From an uncultured archaeon (GTDB lineage Archaea > Aenigmatarchaeota > Aenigmatarchaeia > GW2011-AR5 > JAHLMP01): 64,000 nt of DNA. The notes below the pieces were generated by a model, which saw only the letters and a list, made by a program, of their open reading frames with translations, did no database searches and had not been told where the DNA came from. Where the stretch lies: positions 19,784 to 83,783 of the forward strand of contig CAYRXY010000002.1 in assembly GCA_964428495.1 (NCBI GenBank), read 5' to 3'. Position numbers and translations under genes: made by a program. Positions 1 to 9,195 of the stretch are shown piece by piece (positions within the stretch are counted from its first letter, which is position 1; each line of letters begins with the position of its first letter).

Positions 1-2
1 AT

Positions 3-548
3 ATGATGAAGAAGATCAGTATTCCAGAAGGAGTTGAAGTTGATATTCAAGGAAAGGTTGTTACTATTAAAGGACCGAAGGGAGAACTTTCGAGAGATTT
101 TGGAAATGTTTTTACTCAAAATATAGACATAAGAAAAGAAAATAACGATGTTACTGTTGAGTCTAAAAGAGAAAGAAGAAAGGACAGAGCATTAGTTGGT
201 ACCATAATCGCTCACATAAGAAATATGTTTACTGGTGTAACACAAGGATATAGCTACACTTTAAAAGTTCATTATGTTCACTTTCCTATAAATGTTGAAG
301 CAAAAAAGAATGGAGATGAAATAGAAATAATAGTAAAGAACTTTTTAGGTGAGAAAGTCCCGAGAACTACTAAGGTTAAAGGCGTTAACGTAGAAGTAAA
401 AAAAGATGAAATTATTATAAAGGGTATAAATAAAGAGCTTGTCGGTCAAGCAGCTGCCAGAATAGAACAAATATGTAAAGTAAGAAGACGTGATAGAAGA
501 GTTTTCCATGATGGAATTTACCTAATTAGAAAGGAAGTTGGTATGTGA
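3..548 (+). CDS. rpl6: 50S ribosomal protein uL6
   Basis: N-terminus IPEGVEV..VTIKGPKGELSRDF is typical of archaeal L6. First gene of an overlapping r-protein run. Confidence 0.93.
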   Translation: MMKKISIPEGVEVDIQGKVVTIKGPKGELSRDFGNVFTQNIDIRKENNDVTVESKRERRKDRALVGTIIAHIRNMFTGVTQGYSYTLKVHYVHFPINVEAKKNGDEIEIIVKNFLGEKVPRTTKVKGVNVEVKKDEIIIKGINKELVGQAAARIEQICKVRRRDRRVFHDGIYLIRKEVGM

Positions 549-928
549 TTGATATGGCAAAGAAAAAATTCAAACGACGGAATTGGCTTTTGGAACGCCT
601 AGGAGAAAAATGGAGGAAACCGAAGGGGAGACAATCTAAGTTGAGGCTCCAAAAGAAAGGGAAAGGAAAATTACCAAAGATTGGTTTTAGAACTCCAAAA
701 TCTGAAAGAGGTAAGATAAAGGTTGGAAATAAACTTTTAGAACCAATCAAAATTATGAATGTTAATGATCTAAAAAAGATTGATGCAAATAAACAAATTG
801 GTATTGTTGGTTCAGCTGTTGGAAAAAGGAAGAGAGAGTTAATTAAAGAAGAAGCTAAAAGGCTCGGGGTAAGACTTTTGAATTTGAAAATAAAAAAGAA
901 GAAAGAAGTAAAGGGTGATAATAAATGA
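545..928 (+). CDS. rpl32e: 50S ribosomal protein eL32
   Basis: WRKPKGRQSKLRLQKKGKGKLPKIGFRTPK motif of L32e. 4-nt overlap with rpl6. Confidence 0.92.
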   Translation: MIDMAKKKFKRRNWLLERLGEKWRKPKGRQSKLRLQKKGKGKLPKIGFRTPKSERGKIKVGNKLLEPIKIMNVNDLKKIDANKQIGIVGSAVGKRKRELIKEEAKRLGVRLLNLKIKKKKEVKGDNK

Positions 929-1584
929 AAGAAAAAATATTCATTGAAGATGCAAAGAAGTATGTTCAGGTAAAAGAGTTTATAAAGAATGAGCTCAAAG
1001 ATGCACTTTGTGGTGATATTGAAATACAGGACACACCCTTAGGAACAAGAGTCGTGATTTATACTCTTACTCCTGGAATTATTATAGGAGCTGGTGGTGA
1101 AAGAATCAAGAAGCTTACAAAGGTTTTAGAAAATGATTTTGGATTTAAGAATCCACAAATTGATATAAAGAAGATAGATAAACCGTTTCTAGATCCCAGC
1201 ATTGTTGCTCGTTACATTGCTTCTGCTCTTGAACGTGGTGCACATTTTAAAAAGATAGCAAATTATTATCTTTCTCGTGTTATGCAGGCAGGTGCTACTG
1301 GTTGTGAAATTGTCATTTCTGGAAAGCTTGGAAGCGAAAAATCGAGGACAGAGAGATTTAGTGCTGGCTATGTAGAGAAAAGTGGTCAACATGAGAACGT
1401 CCTAAAAGCATATAGAATAGCAGAGACAAAACCAGGTGTTATTGGAATTCGAGTCTATATTATGATTAAACCAAAGGAAGAGTTTAAGAAATTGAAGGAA
1501 ATCGTTAGTAAGGAAATTGATATGAATTTAGAAGAGAATAAAGAGGGTGATTTTAATGAGGCTTCAAAGGAGAATGGCAGCTGA
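925..1584 (+). CDS. rps3: 30S ribosomal protein uS3 (KH domain)
   Basis: TPLGTRVVIY..PGIIIGAGGERIKKLT (KH GxxG) and ALERGAHFKK..ISGKLGSEKSRTERFSAGY match archaeal S3. ATGA overlap with rpl32e. Confidence 0.93.
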   Translation: MKEKIFIEDAKKYVQVKEFIKNELKDALCGDIEIQDTPLGTRVVIYTLTPGIIIGAGGERIKKLTKVLENDFGFKNPQIDIKKIDKPFLDPSIVARYIASALERGAHFKKIANYYLSRVMQAGATGCEIVISGKLGSEKSRTERFSAGYVEKSGQHENVLKAYRIAETKPGVIGIRVYIMIKPKEEFKKLKEIVSKEIDMNLEENKEGDFNEASKENGS

Positions 1585-2005
1585 AATATTGAAATGTGGT
1601 GAAAATCGTGTATGGATGGATCCGGCAAGGCTAGATGAAATAAGGCAAGCTATTACTAAGACTGATATTCGTAGATTAATAAAACAGGGTCTTATCAAGA
1701 AGCTTCCTGAAGAGGGTGTTAGTCGGGGAAGAGCTAGAAAGATTGCTGTTCAAAAAAAGAAAGGTAGGAGAAAGGGAAGAGGAAGTCGAAAAGGTGTATC
1801 AAAGACAGAAAGTAAAGAACAGTGGATTAAACGTATAAGAGCTATAAGGAGATACTTGAAGAAGTTGAGAGAGGATGAAAAGATAACGAAAGAGACCTAC
1901 AAGGATCTTTACAGAAAGGCAAAGGGTGGATTTTTCAAGTCAAATAATCACGTAAAGATATACTTGCAGCGTAATGAACTTTTTGTTAAGAAAGGTGAGA
2001 AATGA
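1556..2005 (+). CDS. rpl19e: 50S ribosomal protein eL19
   Basis: MRLQRRMAAEILKCGENRVWMDP is a typical L19e N-terminus. ATG at 1556 is preceded by GAGGGTGA; the track start at 1547 is a GTG. Confidence 0.93.
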   Translation: MRLQRRMAAEILKCGENRVWMDPARLDEIRQAITKTDIRRLIKQGLIKKLPEEGVSRGRARKIAVQKKKGRRKGRGSRKGVSKTESKEQWIKRIRAIRRYLKKLREDEKITKETYKDLYRKAKGGFFKSNNHVKIYLQRNELFVKKGEK

Positions 2006-2607
2006 TGTTTAGGAAACTAAAAAGAAGAATAGAGAAAAAAACGGACTATTATCAAAGGTTGAGGTTGCTGAAATCTGGAAAGGTAAGATTAGTTGTTAGA
2101 AGATCTTTGAGAAGTATGCTGATTCAATTGGTAGAATATAAACCTGAAAGTGACAAGATTCTTATGACCGTAACGGCAAAGCACTTGAGAAAATTTGGAT
2201 GGAAGGGTGGAAACAACATCGCTTCTGCATACTTAACTGGTCTTCTTGCTGGTTTTGAGGCTCTTAAAAAAGGTATCGGAGAAGCAATTCTTGATATTGG
2301 ACTTCATAGAATAACTCCTCAAAGCAAAATCTTTGCTGTTGTTAAAGGGTGTAATGATGCTGGTCTTTATGTTCCAATTGGAGAAGATGTTATTCCATCT
2401 GATGAAAGAGTTTCAGGAAAGCACATCGAGGAGTATGCTAAAAAATTGAAAGATGATAAAGAACGATATGAAAGGCAGTTTTCTCAATATTTGAAGAATG
2501 GTCTAAAACCAGAGGAAATTTCATCGCATTTTGAAGAAGTTAAAAATAAAATTATAGATACTTATAAGGATGTTGTTAAAAAGGTGAAAGAAGATGGCAA
2601 CGAATAG
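2002..2607 (+). CDS. rpl18: 50S ribosomal protein uL18
   Basis: RRIEKKTDYYQRLRLLKSGKVRLVVRRSLR resembles L18P/L5e. Sits between eL19 and uS5 as in the archaeal spc cluster. Confidence 0.92.
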   Translation: MMFRKLKRRIEKKTDYYQRLRLLKSGKVRLVVRRSLRSMLIQLVEYKPESDKILMTVTAKHLRKFGWKGGNNIASAYLTGLLAGFEALKKGIGEAILDIGLHRITPQSKIFAVVKGCNDAGLYVPIGEDVIPSDERVSGKHIEEYAKKLKDDKERYERQFSQYLKNGLKPEEISSHFEEVKNKIIDTYKDVVKKVKEDGNE

Positions 2608-3292
2608 AACCAAGATGCTAGCAGAAAGTATAAATAAACAAATAAAGGCTAAACTTTCAGAATGGGCACCAAAAACGTCATTGGGAAAGAAGGTTTTAGA
2701 AGGTAAAATAAAAAGTATAGATGAAATATTTCCTCAAGGTGAAAAAATAAAAGAACCTGAAATTATCGACTATCTTATTCCTAATCTTCAGGTAAGTCTA
2801 ATCGAAATTGGTGGTACTCCAGGAAAGGGAGGGGGTCAGAGAAGAACACCTACAAAGAGAACTGTAAGGATGCATAGATCTGGAAGAAGATATAAGATAT
2901 CTGCTATGGCTGTTGTTGGGGATGGTAATGGTCATGTCGGAGTTGGTAGAGGCTCTGCTAAAGATCATAGAGCTGCAGTCGAAAAGGCGATCCAAAATGC
3001 AAAGCTAAATATTATTCCTGTAAGGCGTGGATGTGGTTCATGGGAATGTAGTTGTAGTGATCCACATTCTATTGATAAGACAGTAGAAGGGAAAAGTGGT
3101 TCTGTAAGAATAGTCTTAATTCCAGCACCAAGAGGTTTAGGTTTATGTTGTTCAGAACCTGTGAAGGAAGTTATGAAAGCAGCTGGTATAAAGGATATTT
3201 GGGTAAAGACGTTCGGCGACACGAGAACCAGAGAGAACCTAATTCTCGCAACATTTAATGCTTTTAAAAATTTAAATAAGATGAGAAAGTAA
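2594..3292 (+). CDS. rps5: 30S ribosomal protein uS5
   Basis: AVVGDGNGHVGVGRGSAKDHRAAVEKAIQNAK and GSGLG-type C-terminal domain. SD AAGGTGA lies upstream. Confidence 0.94.
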   Translation: MATNRTKMLAESINKQIKAKLSEWAPKTSLGKKVLEGKIKSIDEIFPQGEKIKEPEIIDYLIPNLQVSLIEIGGTPGKGGGQRRTPTKRTVRMHRSGRRYKISAMAVVGDGNGHVGVGRGSAKDHRAAVEKAIQNAKLNIIPVRRGCGSWECSCSDPHSIDKTVEGKSGSVRIVLIPAPRGLGLCCSEPVKEVMKAAGIKDIWVKTFGDTRTRENLILATFNAFKNLNKMRK

Positions 3293-3301
3293 GTGGTTAA
3301 T

Positions 3302-3496
3302 ATGATGATACCTGTTCGTTGTATTTCATGTGGGCGTCCATTAGCAGGACTTTGGGAAAAATATAAAAGGGAAATTGAAAAAGGTAGAAATCCTAAAGAG
3401 GTTCTAGATGAGCTTGGTATTACAAGTTATTGTTGCAGAGCTATGTTCTTAACTCATAGAGATACATTAGAAAAAACAGCAAAATTCAGAGTCTAA
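3302..3496 (+). CDS. rpoN: DNA-directed RNA polymerase subunit N (Rpo10)
   Basis: MMIPVRCISCGRPL...YCCRAMFLTH is the zinc-bundle signature of RpoN/Rpb10. ATG at 3302; the track start at 3293 is a GTG. Confidence 0.92.
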   Translation: MMIPVRCISCGRPLAGLWEKYKREIEKGRNPKEVLDELGITSYCCRAMFLTHRDTLEKTAKFRV

Positions 3497-4125
3497 AAAA
3501 CCATCTTTCTCGACTTTTGGAATCTCTCTTCTTTTTTGTCCAGTTTTGATCCTATATTTCTTCTATTAATCAAGAATAGTGGATCCTTTTCTTTGCCTAT
3601 GTAAATTACATCAGCCTCTCTAAGATATGTACCTTGAGTATCTATAGACTTTATCCTATTTCTATTGGCATAGAGTGGGATTTCCGGTATAGTTGCAAAC
3701 GCTTTCAAGAAGAGTCTCGGATAAATGAGCCCGTTTTCCTCTCTAAATAATTCTTGATAGAGAATAAGAATATCACCAGGGAGGTCATCAGGAATTGATA
3801 TATAATCTACTATGTATTTTGATTTTTCTTTATCTTTCTCCCAATCAAGTAAGTCATCTAGTGTTGGTAAAATATTGTCTGGATATTTTTTTCTTTTTCC
3901 AGCTCCATACATCTCTTCTATTAAAACAAATTCTGGGAGTTTATCTGTTTTAGAAAATCTTTCATCTAATTTTTCTACCAACCTTCGATAGCTTGCCTTA
4001 TTTCTGACTTTAGACTCTTTTAGAATAACATTTTTTACATCTTTATATGGTATCTCTATAGATTCAGGATTTTGTTTCTTAAACCCTTCTTGTTCTTCCC
4101 CTATGTATACCATACTAAAGGGCAT
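3493..4125 (-). CDS. hypothetical protein (210 aa)
   Basis: Long non-overlapped ORF with normal composition. No motif recognised. Confidence 0.55.
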   Translation of the reverse strand: MPFSMVYIGEEQEGFKKQNPESIEIPYKDVKNVILKESKVRNKASYRRLVEKLDERFSKTDKLPEFVLIEEMYGAGKRKKYPDNILPTLDDLLDWEKDKEKSKYIVDYISIPDDLPGDILILYQELFREENGLIYPRLFLKAFATIPEIPLYANRNRIKSIDTQGTYLREADVIYIGKEKDPLFLINRRNIGSKLDKKEERFQKSRKMVF

Positions 4126-4188
4126 AATTAGTAAATTAAGCGAAAAGCTTAAATAAGTTTTATAATATCTTTTCGATAATCACTAATT

Positions 4189-6600
4189 ATGAAACTTAAG
4201 ATGTTTCTTCTTGATGCAGACTATATAGAGGATAAAAGAGAGAGCAAGGTAACAATACGACTTTTTGGGAAAACGAAGAATGGAAAAAACGTTGTTGCAC
4301 TTTGTGATTATCAACCCTATTTCTATGTTTTACCAAGTAATGTTGAGAGGGCAAAGAAAGAAATTCAGAAACTTGCTGGCGATAAGATTGTGAAGATGGA
4401 AACTGTTGAAAGAATTTTGGGAAGAGAAAAAAAGAAATTTATTAAGGTATATTGTAAACTTCCACAAGATACACAGAAAATTCGTGATATAGTGAAAAAA
4501 CTTGAAAAGAGGCGTGGCGGTTCTGGGTCAGTTATCGAGGAATATGAATACTCCATAAACTTTTACAGAAGATTTTTGATTGATAAAAACTTAAGTCTAT
4601 GGATAGAGGTAGAAGGTGAAAAGATAGAGGAAAAGTACGATGTAGATATTGTGCTAAGATGTAAAGCTCTAAAAAACTTAAAAGAAAGAAACATACCAAA
4701 ACTTAAGGTTTTAGCATTCGATATTGAGGTTCTTGAGAAAGACGGGAAGAGAAAAGTCTCTATGATTTCTCTTTTTGGGAATGATATAAAAAAAGTCTTA
4801 ACATATCGAAAGGCTTCTTACCCCAATTGGGTCGAGTGTCTAAAAGATGAAAAAGAAATGATTGAGCGATTTGTAGAGATTGTTAGAGATTATAACCCAG
4901 ATATAATTGTTACATTTAATGGTGATTCTTTCGACTTCCCAATACTCATAGAACGTGCAGAAGAGTTTAAAGTTTCTATGAACTTAGGAAGGGATGGATC
5001 TGAACCTAAATTTTCACGAAGAGCCAGAATGAGTTCTGCTAGAATTGCCGGGAAACCCCATATTGATGCATTCATTTTTATAAACAATATTTTGTCTCCA
5101 AGTTTGGATACAGAAGTTCTTACTCTTAATGCGGTGTCAACTGAGTTATTAGATGATCATAAAATAGAGATGCAGTACGAAGAGATGCTTGAAGCTTGGT
5201 ATAAGAATAGAGATATGAAAAAATTTGCTGAGTATTGCTTAAAGGATTCTGAACTTACATTTCGATTATTGAACCTTTTATTGCCACAAATAGTTGAAAT
5301 ATCTGGGTTTATAGGTCAAACACTATTCGATACGTCTCGTATGACCTATAGTCAAATAGATGAATGGTATCTATCGAGAAAGGTTGTTGAAAGAAATATG
5401 ATAATTCCCAATCAACCAAAATGGGAAGAGATTCAAAAAAGAAGAATGTTTACATATACAGGTGGATATGTCAAGGAGCCCATCGCAGGAATTCATGAAA
5501 ATATTTCCGTTATTGATTTTAGGTCTTTGTACCCAAGTATAATAGCGACTTTTAACATTTCACCCGAAATGTTTAATGCTCCATGCAAAGATAAAAAATT
5601 CGTTCCGGGTAAGAATTACTGGTTCTGTGGTGATGAGGAAGGATTCATCTCAGGTATTTTAACGTATCTCATAAAAAGGAGAGTAGAAGTCAAGAAAGAA
5701 CTGAAAAGAGCTACCGGTTCAAGAAGGGAGGCTTTAGATAGGGAGCAACACGTTCTTAAAATTATTGCGAATTCTATGTATGGATACTATGCCTTTCCTG
5801 GAAGTAAGTGGTACTGCAAAGAATGTGCAGAGGCAGCAGCTGCTTTTGGAAGACACTTTATTAAATTTGCTATAAATGAAGCAGAAAAATTTGGATTTAA
5901 GGTTATATACTCTGACACAGACTCATGCTTTATTAAATCGGGGAATGATACGAAGAAAAAAACAAAAGAGTTCTTGCAATACATAAACAAGAAGCTTCCT
6001 GGATTACTTGAAGTTGATTTTCAGGGATTTTACAAGAGAGGTATCTTCATTCCACGCGGTGCAGCACCTGGAACAGCAAAGAAGAGATATGCTCTTTTAG
6101 ATGAGAATGGAAATCTTCTCATAAGGGGTTTGGAAACTGTTAGACGTGATTGGTGTAATCTTGCTAAGGAGGTTCAGAGAAAAGTTCTTGAATTTGTTCT
6201 CAGGGACAACGATGTTGAAAAAGCAGTTAAATATGTGAAAAACGTTATAGATGATCTCAAAAAACACAAAGTACCTTTGAAAGAATTAGTGATTCATGAA
6301 CAATTGACAAAGCCAATCGAGGAATACAAACAAATTGGTCCTCATGTTGTAGCTGCTAAAAAACTTAAGCAAAGAGGGGAGGATGTTTTTGAAGGAATGA
6401 TCATACGCTTTGTTATCACTAAGGGAAGTGGTTCCATCTCGAAGAGGGCTGAACCTGTAGATTATGTTACCGTTAATAAAATAGACGAGAGTTATTATAT
6501 TAAGAATCAGATTGTTCCTGCCGCCCTTCGTGTTCTCCAAGTGCTAGGTATCGAAAAGGAAAGATTTCTTGGAGGAGGACTCAAGAAGTTTCTATCGTAA
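4189..6600 (+). CDS. polB: family B DNA polymerase
   Basis: Exo motifs LAFDIEV and EYCLKDSEL. Pol motifs SLYPSII, KIIANSMYGYYAF and VIYSDTDS. 803 aa with contiguous motifs, so no intein. Confidence 0.96.
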   Translation: MKLKMFLLDADYIEDKRESKVTIRLFGKTKNGKNVVALCDYQPYFYVLPSNVERAKKEIQKLAGDKIVKMETVERILGREKKKFIKVYCKLPQDTQKIRDIVKKLEKRRGGSGSVIEEYEYSINFYRRFLIDKNLSLWIEVEGEKIEEKYDVDIVLRCKALKNLKERNIPKLKVLAFDIEVLEKDGKRKVSMISLFGNDIKKVLTYRKASYPNWVECLKDEKEMIERFVEIVRDYNPDIIVTFNGDSFDFPILIERAEEFKVSMNLGRDGSEPKFSRRARMSSARIAGKPHIDAFIFINNILSPSLDTEVLTLNAVSTELLDDHKIEMQYEEMLEAWYKNRDMKKFAEYCLKDSELTFRLLNLLLPQIVEISGFIGQTLFDTSRMTYSQIDEWYLSRKVVERNMIIPNQPKWEEIQKRRMFTYTGGYVKEPIAGIHENISVIDFRSLYPSIIATFNISPEMFNAPCKDKKFVPGKNYWFCGDEEGFISGILTYLIKRRVEVKKELKRATGSRREALDREQHVLKIIANSMYGYYAFPGSKWYCKECAEAAAAFGRHFIKFAINEAEKFGFKVIYSDTDSCFIKSGNDTKKKTKEFLQYINKKLPGLLEVDFQGFYKRGIFIPRGAAPGTAKKRYALLDENGNLLIRGLETVRRDWCNLAKEVQRKVLEFVLRDNDVEKAVKYVKNVIDDLKKHKVPLKELVIHEQLTKPIEEYKQIGPHVVAAKKLKQRGEDVFEGMIIRFVITKGSGSISKRAEPVDYVTVNKIDESYYIKNQIVPAALRVLQVLGIEKERFLGGGLKKFLS

Positions 6601-6632
6601 TAATTTTAACCTTTTACTATCAATTTTTTATC

Positions 6633-7040
6633 ATGATTGATTATCACGTGATAGATCTTGAGAAGGCGGTTATCCTTGCTGCAGAAGATGTTCACCGTAG
6701 GATTTCTGATCTGTCTAAGTATAGAGAAATGGCAAAGAATAATAGACGTTTGAAGTTGTTCCTTGGTGTCTCTTATATTGTGACGGCTAAATGGTTTGAA
6801 AAGAACAAAAAATTTAATTTAGAGGAGAATTTATTGGGAGTCGGTGAGAAATATCTAGGGGTTGTATTAGGTTTAGACGGTTTAAGTGAAATGAAATTCC
6901 CAGTGGATAATTCTCAGGATATCGAAACTATTTCAAATGTTTTGTACGATGATTCGTTTATTAAGACGTTAAAATCTAATTCAAGAGAGATTCATGAGAT
7001 ATTAACAAGAGAAATAAATAAACCAAAAATTTATTTTTGA
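6633..7040 (+). CDS. hypothetical protein (135 aa)
   Basis: ORF only. No recognised motif. Confidence 0.5.
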   Translation: MIDYHVIDLEKAVILAAEDVHRRISDLSKYREMAKNNRRLKLFLGVSYIVTAKWFEKNKKFNLEENLLGVGEKYLGVVLGLDGLSEMKFPVDNSQDIETISNVLYDDSFIKTLKSNSREIHEILTREINKPKIYF

Positions 7041-7657
7041 TTCGCGAATGCGTTTACGATGGCTTCTGCAACTGATTCTTCTAACCCCTTAGGTCCTTTT
7101 ATTATTGGTGTGAGTATGACTTTTCCGTCCTGTGTATCTAGGTTGAAGTCGAATACGTAGTTTATTGTTGCTTTCTTTGGATATCCATCTTCGCAATCTA
7201 CTTTCAATTTCTTATTTTTCCAAGATTCTAAAAACTTGTATGGTTCTATTTCAATATTTTCCAGATCCTCGTATGTAAGTTGTTTGTGTTCTTCCAAGTT
7301 TTCAGATTTTAACCAATCTTTTTCGTCCTTCTTTGAATCATATTTCATAATTTTTCCTATCCTCTCTAGGTCATTCTTAGGTCTATCTGTACTTACAAGC
7401 GGATGAAATTTTCCTAGCTTATTCTTTTCAATCTCTATGTAACCTATGGGTACTGTTTCTGACATTCTTGAGAACACATATAGTACGTCATAATGTTGAT
7501 TTTTGCCCATTCTTCTTACAACTACCTTTAAGTCTCCCATCTTTTGTAATGAGTCGAAAATCCTGAAGTCTATTGGGTATGGAGCTATAAAATAGTCATT
7601 TCCATCGTATAACTCACGCTCCTGATCTTTCAGCTCTGAGAAGACATCTTTCTTCAT
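7031..7657 (-). CDS. hypothetical protein (208 aa)
   Basis: ORF only. Convergent 10-nt overlap with 6633..7040. Confidence 0.55.
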   Translation of the reverse strand: MKKDVFSELKDQERELYDGNDYFIAPYPIDFRIFDSLQKMGDLKVVVRRMGKNQHYDVLYVFSRMSETVPIGYIEIEKNKLGKFHPLVSTDRPKNDLERIGKIMKYDSKKDEKDWLKSENLEEHKQLTYEDLENIEIEPYKFLESWKNKKLKVDCEDGYPKKATINYVFDFNLDTQDGKVILTPIIKGPKGLEESVAEAIVNAFANQK

Positions 7658-7740
7658 AAAAATAAAGAGTTTATAAAATATTAAATGTTTTCTTAATTGG
7701 ATGGAACTATTTTATAAGCTTTGGGTGAAATCTAAATATT

Positions 7741-8634
7741 ATGAAGAAGATTTTTTTAATCTTAACATTTTTACTGCTCAATACAATAATAGTCAGTGCA
7801 GTCACAATTTCAGAGAAAGAGGTTAGAATATCTATTAATGATGATGGTTCATCCGACTGGTACGTTAAATTAGTTTATCCGAATCCTGTCGAAATGTCAA
7901 ACATTTTTGTATTGGCAGATGTGAGTTTCGTTTCTGTATATGCTAACGATAAGAAACTGGATTGTTCTATAAACACACAGTCATTGGGGACTTCAATAAT
8001 TTGTAATAATGTTAATTCTTCTGAAATTGAGTATAAGTTCAAGATATATGGACTGGTTGAAAGGAGAAATAATATGTATATCTTTTCATATTCATTCCCA
8101 ACACCTAACATAGTTAAGAAGTTTGATTTAACAGTTAAACTACCTATCGGTGCTGTTATTGCGGATAAAAACGAGATTTCTCATCTTGGATTAGAACCAT
8201 TTACTCCATCGGATGGAACCGAAGGAACGGATGGTAGACAGATATTTGTAAAGTGGTTATTTGAAAATCCAGAGCTTGGGAAATCTATAGATGTGAGCGT
8301 AATCTATGAAAAGCCATTCATGGCGTTTCCCTTTGTCTCAAATCTAATATTTATAATTGGAGTTTTAGTCGTCGTTGTAACAGGTCTTGGTTTTTACATA
8401 TATAGGAGAAGTAGCGTTGAGAAAGTTCTTCCAATTTTAGATAAACCAGAGAGAGAAGTTATGAAAATCATTTTAAGAGATAGGAAAAACATAAATCAGA
8501 AGAAAATCGTAAAAGAAGTTGGATATTCTAAGGCAAAGGTTTCTAGAATAGTAAAGAGCCTAGAACAAAGAGGGCTTATTACCGTTGAAAGACGTGGAAG
8601 AACTAACATAATTAGTTTGAAGAAAAAAATTTAG
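7741..8634 (+). CDS. membrane-anchored winged-helix (MarR-like, COG2512-type) regulator with extracytoplasmic N-terminal domain
   Basis: Signal/anchor LILTFLLLNTIIVSA, about 190-aa outer domain, TM IFIIGVLVVVVTGLGFYIY. C-terminal wHTH QKKIVKEVGYSKAKVSRIVKSLEQRGLITVERRGRTNII. Confidence 0.7.
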   Translation: MKKIFLILTFLLLNTIIVSAVTISEKEVRISINDDGSSDWYVKLVYPNPVEMSNIFVLADVSFVSVYANDKKLDCSINTQSLGTSIICNNVNSSEIEYKFKIYGLVERRNNMYIFSYSFPTPNIVKKFDLTVKLPIGAVIADKNEISHLGLEPFTPSDGTEGTDGRQIFVKWLFENPELGKSIDVSVIYEKPFMAFPFVSNLIFIIGVLVVVVTGLGFYIYRRSSVEKVLPILDKPEREVMKIILRDRKNINQKKIVKEVGYSKAKVSRIVKSLEQRGLITVERRGRTNIISLKKKI

Positions 8635-9185
8635 ATCCTCTTTTTTACATATAGAATTCTTTGGATTATCGTTATAAAGGAAAATACGATTACTATTATA
8701 AGGGCTTCTCGAATATAATTGAATAAAAGACCTATTAAGATAACTATAAGCCTTTCACTACGTTCCATTATACCGACAGAATAATCGACACCTAAAATTT
8801 TTTCTCCCTTTGCCTTCGTATAACTTACTAATGCACCTATTACGATAGCTATTGAGGCTAAAATCCACTCTCCTGATAATATGCCGATACCTATAAGAAT
8901 GGCACCGTCTGTGAACCGATCACATACGGAATCTAGAAATTCGCCGAATCGAGTAGTCATTCCATGATTCTTCGCCAAGGCTCCATCTAGCATATCTAAT
9001 AGTCCTGTAATGGAAAGGAGAATTACTCCACAAACTATCTTTCCAGATGCAATTAAATATCCAGTTATAATACTTAAGACACATGCTAGTATTGTAAGAT
9101 GGTTTGGTTTTATATGTAGCTTATAGATAATTCTGGTAATGGGTTCAACAGAATTTTCTATAGTCCTTTTTACTCTACTAAGCAT
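8631..9185 (-). CDS. CDP-alcohol phosphatidyltransferase family protein
   Basis: Family motif DMLDGALAKNHGMTTRFGEFLDSVCDRFTD (DGx2AR..G..D..D pattern). Multiple TM segments. Confidence 0.85.
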   Translation of the reverse strand: MLSRVKRTIENSVEPITRIIYKLHIKPNHLTILACVLSIITGYLIASGKIVCGVILLSITGLLDMLDGALAKNHGMTTRFGEFLDSVCDRFTDGAILIGIGILSGEWILASIAIVIGALVSYTKAKGEKILGVDYSVGIMERSERLIVILIGLLFNYIREALIIVIVFSFITIIQRILYVKKRI

Positions 9186-9195
9186 AACTACACCT

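Noticed and set aside
4189-6600. Inteins in PolB (and in NrdJ, 55957..58554)
   Set aside because: The polymerase motifs (SLYPSII, YGYYAF, YSDTDS) and the RNR active-site motif are contiguous. The lengths are normal, and no HNF or homing-endonuclease blocks are present.
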